This document shows, piece after piece, positions 16,848 to 24,080 of a DNA stretch of 29,137 nucleotides (within the stretch, counting starts at the first letter, position 1; each line of letters opens with the position of its first letter). The notes below the pieces were generated by a model. That model had not been told where the DNA came from. It saw nothing but the letters and a program-made list of their open reading frames with translations, and did no database searches. The position numbers and the translations under genes are program-made. The stretch comes from Mollicutes bacterium (GTDB lineage: Bacteria > Bacillota_I > Bacilli_A > RF39 > UBA660): contig DUUS01000114.1 of NCBI GenBank assembly GCA_012841465.1, positions 1 through 29,137 on the forward strand, given 5' to 3'.

Positions 16848-18080
16848 TTAAATTCCATTTTTTTTATTTCTTTCTATTATAGTAGAGTCATCAAGTAAGC
16901 TAGATGCTCTAAGTAAACTATTTGTTCCATATTTTTCTTTAATAAAATCGATTGCTTCATTTTTTTGATTAATGGTAGTTATCTCTTCAAAGGTATCAAA
17001 TAAACTTAGCTGCTCACCAATATCAGCACATAGATTACTTAACTGAATACTTATTTGTCTAATTGGTTTATTATCATAAAATTGATCAAAGATATTCATG
17101 CATAAATTAAACATTTCATTTTCATCTTTAACTGGGTTATCAAGCCTTAGAGATTTTTTAAAACCACCAGAGACACTTTTTGAGTATTTTACTTTAAAAG
17201 TAATAATTCCAGCTCTTTTTTTAGAATCTCTCAGTCTCTTTGCTAAAAGATCAATAGTCTCTCTGATTATAATTGATATATTACTTCCGTTATAATCTTT
17301 ATATAAAACTTGACTATGACTAATTGAAGCATTCTTTGGCTCTTTGTTATAATCTTTAATAGTAGAATTATCAATACCATTAGAATGATTCCAAAGTTCT
17401 AAGCCTAAAACTCCATATTTATCTTTTAAGATATTTTTGTTAAAGTGAGCTAAATCTTTAACGGTAAATATGCCTAAATTATTTAAATTAGCTTCCATTC
17501 TAGGTCCTATTCCCCATATTTTAGAAAGAGGAGTAACTCCCCATAGTTTATCTTTGATGTCTGTATAAAACCACTCGGCAACACTGTCCTTATTTTTTTT
17601 AGCTTCTAAGTCCATCGCAACCTTTGCCATAAAAATATTTGGACCTATTCCAGCAGCTGCCATAAGACCTGTTTTTCTAGTTACTTCACTTAAAAGAAAT
17701 AAGGCAAGTTCTCTTGGAGTTTTTTTGTATAATTTTAAATAACTAGTAACATCTATAAATACTTCATCAATTGAATATTTATGAATATCATTTTCTGAAA
17801 AATACTCTTTATAAACATTAAATACTTCACTGCTTTTCTTAGCATATAATCCCATCCTTGGCGGTACCTTTATAAATTTAACATTCTTAGGCAGATCATA
17901 TACTCTAGTTCTACTTTTTACACCAAGTGATTTTACATATGGAGAGACTGCTAGTGTCATTGCTCCTCTATGAGTCGGATGACAAACTATAAGTGGAGTA
18001 GTAAAAGGATCATAATTCTTATCTAAACACTCACAAAATGCAAAGAAACTTTTTAAATCAATCGCAATAAAAGTTTTCAA
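16848..18080 (-). CDS. Y-family translesion DNA polymerase (DinB/UmuC-like, YqjW/UvrX type)
   Basis: FIAIDLKSFF, YSIDEVFID, GIGPNIFMAKVAMD, WGIGPRM. TTG start 18080 follows AGGTGG. Confidence 0.92.
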   Translation of the reverse strand: MKTFIAIDLKSFFAFCECLDKNYDPFTTPLIVCHPTHRGAMTLAVSPYVKSLGVKSRTRVYDLPKNVKFIKVPPRMGLYAKKSSEVFNVYKEYFSENDIHKYSIDEVFIDVTSYLKLYKKTPRELALFLLSEVTRKTGLMAAAGIGPNIFMAKVAMDLEAKKNKDSVAEWFYTDIKDKLWGVTPLSKIWGIGPRMEANLNNLGIFTVKDLAHFNKNILKDKYGVLGLELWNHSNGIDNSTIKDYNKEPKNASISHSQVLYKDYNGSNISIIIRETIDLLAKRLRDSKKRAGIITFKVKYSKSVSGGFKKSLRLDNPVKDENEMFNLCMNIFDQFYDNKPIRQISIQLSNLCADIGEQLSLFDTFEEITTINQKNEAIDFIKEKYGTNSLLRASSLLDDSTIIERNKKNGI

Positions 18081-18102
18081 TTTAACCACCTAAACTTATA
18101 TT

Positions 18103-18116
18103 AAAACAATTGTTCG
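18103..18116 (-). promoter_or_regulatory. LexA (Cheo/SOS) box
   Basis: CGAACAATTGTTTT on the minus strand versus the Firmicute consensus CGAACRNRYGTTYC; lies in the spacer of a TTGATT-17-TAATAT promoter upstream of the polymerase. Confidence 0.8.
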
Positions 18117-18175
18117 AAAAAATCAATGGAAACTTTTACCTTACTTGTGATATAATTTTTATTACGGAGGCAAAT

Positions 18176-20347
18176 ATGTACGGAGAAGTATTAGTTGAAT
18201 ATGGAGTTAAAACATTAGATAAAACATTTACTTATATAATACCTAATCATTTAAAAGATAAAATTCAAATAGGTATGAAAGTAATTGTTCCTTTTGGCAC
18301 TTTAAATATAAATGGTTTTTTAATTAATATAAAAGACAGTACTGAAATAGAAGAATTAAAAGAAATTATTTCAATTAGTAATGAAGAATTTATCTTAAAT
18401 GAAGAATTACTAAAGCTCGGAAAATATATTAAAGAAAAAACTCTTTGTACTTTAATAACAGCATATAATACTATGTTTCCTAGTAGTTTAAAAATAAAAA
18501 CCATTTCGAGTAATTATAATATATATGATACTTTTTTAAAAATTAAAGATAAAGAAAAAGTTAAAATGTATATAAATGAACATAAAAGAGCTTTTAAAAA
18601 GATTGAACTTTTAAATAAATTAATTAATAATGAAAAAGTAAATAAAAAAGAATATAACTCATCTTTAGTAAAAGAACTTCTTGATTTAAATTTAATCTAT
18701 GAAGAAAAAATATCTAAATATAGAATAAATAAAGAAAAAGAATTTGAAGAAAAAGTAACCTTAACTAAAGAGCAAGAAGAAGTAATAAAAAAATTCGAAT
18801 TTAATAAAAGTAAAACTCATTTATTATATGGAGTAACTGGATCAGGCAAGACTGAAGTATACATGCACTTAATTGAAAAAGTAATAAAAACAAATAAAAC
18901 AGCGATTATTCTGGTACCTGAGATTAGTTTAACAACTCAGATAGTAAATAGGTTTTATAAACGATTTGGAAATAATGTTGCCGTATTTCACAGTGGTCTT
19001 TCTAAAGGAGAGAGGCATGATGAATATAAAAAGATCTATAGTGGTGATGTAAAAATAGTTGTCGGAACAAGAAGTGCAATATTTACTCCGATGAAAAACA
19101 TTGGCATAATCATTATTGATGAAGAACACAGTACTAGTTATAAACAAGATAATAATCCTAGATATAATGCAATCGATATAGCAATTAAAAGAAGTGAGTA
19201 TCATAACTGTCCACTACTTCTTGGAAGTGCAACCCCAACACTTGAAGCATTTGCTAGAGGGCTCAAAGGTGTTTATAAATTACTAGTAATGACCAAAAGA
19301 GCGACAAATGCACCTCTTCCTAAAATTCATATTATTGATATGAAAGCTGAAGCTAAAAAAAGCAATATGATTATAAGTGATGCTTTAAACAAATTAATAA
19401 TTGAAAAATTAAATAAAAAAGAGCAAATAATGTTATTTTTAAATAAAAGAGGATTTGACCGTATAATAAACTGTAGGTCTTGTGGTTTTACTTTTAAATG
19501 TAAAAACTGTGAAATAAGTATGATATATCATAAAACAAGTAATAACTTAAGATGTCACTACTGTGGATATACTCTACTTAAACCAGAGGTATGTCCAGAA
19601 TGCAGAGAAGATGCTCTATCATTTTATGGTCTTGGCACTGAAAAGCTTGAAGAGCATATAAAAGAGACTTATAAAGATGCTAGAGTAATAAGAATGGATA
19701 CAGATACTACAACTAGAAAAGATTCATATGAAAAGATTATTACTAAAGTTGAAAATGAAGAGGTTGACATTATTATCGGAACTCAAATGATATCTAAAGG
19801 CTTAGACTTTCCTAAAGTAACTTTAGTCGGAGTTATAAATGCTGATGAATCGCTAAATATACCTGATTTTAGAAGTGGTGAAAACACCTTTAGTTTACTT
19901 GCTCAAGTATCAGGAAGATCAGGAAGAAGTGATATACCAGGAGAGGTAGTAATTCAAACCTTTAATCCAGATAATGACACTATTAACTTTGTTAAAGAAA
20001 ATAATTATCAAAAACTATTTAATTATGAAATGCATATTAGAAGAATATTAAAATATCCTCCATACTTTTATTTAACAAGTATACTTGTAACAAGTAGAGA
20101 TTATGAAAAAGCATCAACTGAAGTTAATAAAGTTTCTAATTATTTAAATAAAAATATAAAAGATACTATAGTACTTGGACCTACTACTGCAAGTATGTTT
20201 AAAATAAATAATGTTTATAGATTTCAAATTATTTTAAAATATAAAGATTTTAATAATATAAAAGAGCCTTTAAAATATATAGATAATATATATAGCTTAA
20301 ATAAAGATGTATCTCTAGAAATAGATGTAGACCCTAAAAGAATTTAG
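18176..20347 (+). CDS. priA: Primosomal protein N' (replication restart helicase)
   Basis: GVTGSGKTEVY, LVPEISLT, IIDEEH, two CxxC pairs (CRSC/CKNC, CHYC/CPEC), GTQMISKGLDFP, QVSGRSGR. ATG 18176 follows GGAGG. Confidence 0.96.
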   Translation: MYGEVLVEYGVKTLDKTFTYIIPNHLKDKIQIGMKVIVPFGTLNINGFLINIKDSTEIEELKEIISISNEEFILNEELLKLGKYIKEKTLCTLITAYNTMFPSSLKIKTISSNYNIYDTFLKIKDKEKVKMYINEHKRAFKKIELLNKLINNEKVNKKEYNSSLVKELLDLNLIYEEKISKYRINKEKEFEEKVTLTKEQEEVIKKFEFNKSKTHLLYGVTGSGKTEVYMHLIEKVIKTNKTAIILVPEISLTTQIVNRFYKRFGNNVAVFHSGLSKGERHDEYKKIYSGDVKIVVGTRSAIFTPMKNIGIIIIDEEHSTSYKQDNNPRYNAIDIAIKRSEYHNCPLLLGSATPTLEAFARGLKGVYKLLVMTKRATNAPLPKIHIIDMKAEAKKSNMIISDALNKLIIEKLNKKEQIMLFLNKRGFDRIINCRSCGFTFKCKNCEISMIYHKTSNNLRCHYCGYTLLKPEVCPECREDALSFYGLGTEKLEEHIKETYKDARVIRMDTDTTTRKDSYEKIITKVENEEVDIIIGTQMISKGLDFPKVTLVGVINADESLNIPDFRSGENTFSLLAQVSGRSGRSDIPGEVVIQTFNPDNDTINFVKENNYQKLFNYEMHIRRILKYPPYFYLTSILVTSRDYEKASTEVNKVSNYLNKNIKDTIVLGPTTASMFKINNVYRFQIILKYKDFNNIKEPLKYIDNIYSLNKDVSLEIDVDPKRI

Positions 20348-20359
20348 TTTTGAAAAAAG

Positions 20360-20478
20360 CACAGAAAGGGTATTATTATTACCCTTCTGTGACAAAATTA
20401 AAACTGAGGAAAAGTAATTTTTTTGTAACCAAAAAAGTAAAATAAAAAGTGGTTGTTTCCAAAATTGAAATAACCACT
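20360..20478. repeat. Two strong hairpins downstream of priA (probable terminator region)
   Basis: cacagaaagggta/tacccttctgtg (20360-20391, one bulge) and agtggttgtttc/gaaataaccact (20449-20478, one G:U on plus). Confidence 0.65.
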
Positions 20479-20513
20479 AATTTATCTTATCTGAAAACTT
20501 AATTATAATTTTC

Positions 20514-20541
20514 TTTACATTAGAATATAATTTGATATAAT
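20514..20541 (+). promoter_or_regulatory. Promoter of the glycyl-tRNA synthetase leader
   Basis: TTTACA (20514-20519), 16 bp ending in TGa, TATAAT (20536-20541). Confidence 0.7.
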
Positions 20542-20555
20542 AAATACATAAGAAA

Positions 20556-20657
20556 AGCGATGACTTCTCTGGCAAAGAAAGAGCTATATAAATAATGAAG
20601 ACACTTAAATAGGGTGGAACCGCGGATGTTAGCCGCCCCTATATTAGGGGTCTTTTT
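20556..20657 (+). promoter_or_regulatory. Glycine T-box riboswitch (transcriptional) with an ultrashort Stem I
   Basis: Antiterminator AGGG-UGGAACC-GCGG-AUGUUAG-CCGC-CCCU (20611-20640); overlapping terminator CCCCU-auauu-AGGGG-ucUUUUU; specifier GGC at 20571-20573; located upstream of GlyRS. Confidence 0.9.
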
Positions 20658-20681
20658 AATTAAAAGAAAGAGGAAATATAA

Positions 20682-22049
20682 ATGGAAAAAATTACAATGG
20701 AAGAGTTAGTATCATACTGTAAGCAGTATGGATTTATTTATCAAGGAAGTGAGGTATATGGTGGACTTGCTAATACTTGGGATTATGGACCACTAGGTTC
20801 TAGACTTAAAAATAATTTAAAAGATGCTTGGAGAAAGAGATTTGTTCAAGAAAAGAAAAATAGTTATGAACTTGATTCATCTATTTTAATGCATCCTAAA
20901 GTATGGGAGGCATCTGGTCATGTGGATTCATTTTCTGATCCTTTAATTGATTGCAGAGAATGTAAAGCAAGACATCGTGTTGATAAATTAATAGAAGACT
21001 ATAGTAGTGAAGTAATTGCTGATAAATTAAATAAGGAAGAAATGAAAGAATTTATTTCTAGCAATAAAGTACCTTGTCCTAAATGTAAGAAGCATAACTT
21101 TACTGATATTAGAGAATTTAATTTAATGTTTGAAACCTATAGAGGAGTAACTGATGAAAATAAAAGTATTATTTATCTAAGACCTGAAAACGCTCAAGGA
21201 CAGTATGTTAATTATTTAAATGTACTGAGAACTATGAGAGCTAAACTACCTTTTGGAGTTGCTCAAATAGGTAAAGCTTTTAGAAATGAAATAACTCCTG
21301 GAAACTTTATTTTTAGAACAATTGAATTTGAACAAATGGAATATCAAACCTTTTGCAAACAAGGAGAAGATGAAGATTTATATAATTACTATAAAGAATT
21401 TGCTAAAAAGTTTTATCTTGATTTAGGTCTTCCTGAAAATAAACTTAAATTCCATGATCATGATAAACTTGCTCATTATGCCAAAGCTGCTTGTGATATA
21501 TTTTATGAGTTTCCTTGGGGATATGATGAAATAAATGGAACTCATAACCGAACTGATTATGATCTTAAAAGACACGAGGAGTATAGTGGTGAGTCATTTA
21601 TGTATTTAGACCCTGAAACAAATGAAAAATATATTCCCTATATAGTTGAAAGTACCTATGGAGTAGATCGAAGTATTCTTGCTCTTATTCATAATGCTTA
21701 TACTAAGGAAGAGCTTGAAAATGATACTAGAGAAGTACTTAAAATTCATCCTTTCTTAGCACCATATAAAGTAGGAGTACTTCCACTTGTTAAAAAATAT
21801 CATAGTGATAAAGCAAATGAAATATTTAATATGCTAAATAAACACTTTATGTGTTCATTCGATGAAACCGGCTCAATTGGTAAAAGATACCGTAGATGCG
21901 ATGCAGCTGGAACTCCATTTTGTATAACTATTGATGATGAGACAATAAATAATAATACTGTTACGATTAGAGATAGAGACACCATGGAGCAAATTACCTT
22001 AAGTCTTGAACAGGTTATTTCATATATTGAAGAAAAGATTAAGTTTTAA
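20682..22049 (+). CDS. glyQS: Glycine--tRNA ligase, alpha2 homodimeric type
   Basis: YGGLANTWDYGPLG, YLRPENAQG, GKAFRNEITPGNFIFRTIEFEQME, LAHYAKA, C-terminal anticodon-binding domain (SIGKRYRR..GTPFCITID). Confidence 0.96.
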   Translation: MEKITMEELVSYCKQYGFIYQGSEVYGGLANTWDYGPLGSRLKNNLKDAWRKRFVQEKKNSYELDSSILMHPKVWEASGHVDSFSDPLIDCRECKARHRVDKLIEDYSSEVIADKLNKEEMKEFISSNKVPCPKCKKHNFTDIREFNLMFETYRGVTDENKSIIYLRPENAQGQYVNYLNVLRTMRAKLPFGVAQIGKAFRNEITPGNFIFRTIEFEQMEYQTFCKQGEDEDLYNYYKEFAKKFYLDLGLPENKLKFHDHDKLAHYAKAACDIFYEFPWGYDEINGTHNRTDYDLKRHEEYSGESFMYLDPETNEKYIPYIVESTYGVDRSILALIHNAYTKEELENDTREVLKIHPFLAPYKVGVLPLVKKYHSDKANEIFNMLNKHFMCSFDETGSIGKRYRRCDAAGTPFCITIDDETINNNTVTIRDRDTMEQITLSLEQVISYIEEKIKF

Positions 22050-22098
22050 CTATTAATTTTAAAATGAAAGTGTTATTGTCTTTATAGGAGTGATTGTT

Positions 22099-23133
22099 AT
22101 GATTAATCAAATGAATGAAATGTTATTAGGATATCTTGTGCAAGATGAAAGTGTAGTTATAAAAAAGGAAAATAATTATAAATACTATTTATCAAAGCAG
22201 GACAAATAGTATTTAAAATATGCAGGAATGAAATTAGATATAGTTAATAATTTACATTATTTTTCAGGAAAAAAAGATAAAAATAAAAATTATGATGTTG
22301 ATTATTTTTTAAATAATATAGAAAGAAATATTACTAATTTATATCCTTATTTAGATGATATGATAATTAAAGGAATGGATATTTTAATTGAAAATAATGG
22401 CTATTTAGAAAGCGATGGTTTTCCGATTAAGGCGGCAATGTTTTTTCATGAGTTTCATCTGGCTTATATATCTAACACAGATGAGAAAATTGTTATCCAT
22501 TGTCCAGATGAAGTTTTAAAAGTATTTACTAAACTTAGAAAAACTAGTAAACCAAATGAAACCTTTAATCATGTTAATGATTTTGTAGCTGGAATGATGT
22601 CAGTTTATCAATTGGTACCAACTTCTATACTACATGAAATGTATATTACAAACTATAAAAAAATTAATTATAAAAAATTTGAACAAATAATGTTGACATA
22701 TTCTTTAATAGAAAACTATTATGTTGTTACTGCTGATGAAGAAGGAACTTTATATTGTACAACAAAAATCAGTGAAAAAGATATTTTTGAAAACTTAAAT
22801 ACCGATTATGAATATCGAATCTTTACTAAAGAAGAAATTGATATGCTGATAGATAATACTTATATTTATAGTTTAGATTCAACTAAGAAATTCATTGAAT
22901 TTTTAGAAGAAGAATTTGAAGTGGATGATGGCTTCATTGAAAGATTTCTAAATTATGAAGTTTCTAACTATATTGGTCTTCTTGAGGATGGGGAAAATGC
23001 GGATAATTTTCTTAAAAATGTAATAGATGAACTATTCGAAGAAGATGAAGATTTATATAAACAAATTAAATTTTATTTAGATAAAATTTATAAAGAATAC
23101 CCTAAAAGAGAATTTAATGGTCATGTTAAATAA
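22099..23133 (+). pseudogene. Hypothetical protein (~344 codons) interrupted by one in-frame TAG at 22207-22209
   Basis: ATG 22099 has a strong AGGAG RBS, runs 36 codons to TAG, then continues in frame (YLKYAG) into the 301-aa ORF at 22228, whose ATG lacks a properly spaced RBS. The body weakly resembles proteins that usually end in a SEC-C motif, which is absent here. Confidence 0.65.
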
Positions 23134-23158
23134 ACAAGTGTAAAGATCTTGTTTTTTT
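23132..23158 (+). terminator. Intrinsic terminator
   Basis: aaacaag-tgtaaagat-cttgttt followed by Ts. Confidence 0.65.
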
Positions 23159-23217
23159 AAATTTCTATTTATCTATTTAGATAAAAAGTGTTATAATTAT
23201 AACAAGGACGTGAAAAA

Positions 23218-23970
23218 GTGGTTGTCAAAAGTGATAAAAAAGCAATCTTAATTATAATAATATTTCTTTTAAATGTTTTTTTAATTGGTTTAACCCTATA
23301 TTTTCTTGGACCAAATGAACCTAAAGAGCCGAAAGATATAGTTGCTGAACTTGTTGATTTTTCTGAATGTCAAAGTAAGAGTTATCAGCAAACTTGTTAT
23401 GATACTAAATATATTAATAATAAAACTTATAATATTATATATGATAAATTAAAAGTAGATAATAAAAGTAAAAGTCTAGTTGGGGCTTCACTTCAAGTAA
23501 ATGATGCGGTTTTAATTAATGAAGATGATTTAGTTTATCATATTGAAAATCATATTTATTTTACTGAAAGTACTATAGTACTTGCGGTATATGAACCTAA
23601 AGTTAAAAATGTTAAAGTAATGATCTTTGATTATAAAGGTAATAAATTAAAAGAAATATATATTTTAGATGATGAGAGCGATATTGTTGTTAAGAGTTTT
23701 AAAGTTAAAGGTGATAAAATTATCTTTAAAGGTCAGAAGAACTTAATAGATAATGCTGTAATACTTTCGACAGAAGGTGATACAAAATTTATTTTTGAAA
23801 ATGCTGATCTTTGTAAGCAAATAGATGTATTAAAATTGAAGGATAGTGATTTATATTCAGCTGAATATGAACTTAAATATGTAACCGATAAAAGATTTTC
23901 GAGAATTAAAAAAAGACCGAATACAGAAGTTTATATTAAAGAATATAAGGATGAAATAAATTGTGACTAA
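23218..23970 (+). CDS. Hypothetical membrane-anchored exported protein (4 Cys)
   Basis: N-terminal TM helix and beta-rich body; GTG start after AAGGA. Confidence 0.8.
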   Translation: MVVKSDKKAILIIIIFLLNVFLIGLTLYFLGPNEPKEPKDIVAELVDFSECQSKSYQQTCYDTKYINNKTYNIIYDKLKVDNKSKSLVGASLQVNDAVLINEDDLVYHIENHIYFTESTIVLAVYEPKVKNVKVMIFDYKGNKLKEIYILDDESDIVVKSFKVKGDKIIFKGQKNLIDNAVILSTEGDTKFIFENADLCKQIDVLKLKDSDLYSAEYELKYVTDKRFSRIKKRPNTEVYIKEYKDEINCD

Positions 23971-23995
23971 AGAAATGGATTTTTCATTTCTTTTT
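23970..23995 (+). terminator. Intrinsic terminator
   Basis: aagaaatgga-ttt-ttcatttctt followed by Ts. Confidence 0.6.
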
Positions 23996-24020
23996 AATTT
24001 TTAAAAAATTAGATTTGTTA

Positions 24021-24049
24021 TTGCAATAAAAAGAAAAGTATTGTAGAAT
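24021..24049 (+). promoter_or_regulatory. Sigma-A promoter of the surface-protein cluster
   Basis: TTGCAA (24021-24026), 17 bp, TAGAAT (24044-24049). Confidence 0.7.
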
Positions 24050-24080
24050 TAATTATAGAAGATAGGAGAGATTTTTTAAT

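Noticed and set aside
17098-17295. 65-aa plus-strand ORF
   Set aside because: Antisense shadow of the Y-family polymerase.
18265-19204. 79-aa and 91-aa minus-strand ORFs
   Set aside because: Antisense shadows of priA.
20440-20510. Antisense sRNA ending at the 20449-20478 hairpin
   Set aside because: The G:U pair favours folding on the plus strand, the minus-strand promoter is weak, and a priA 3'-end role is simpler.
21800-21985. 61-aa minus-strand ORF
   Set aside because: Antisense shadow of the GlyRS gene.
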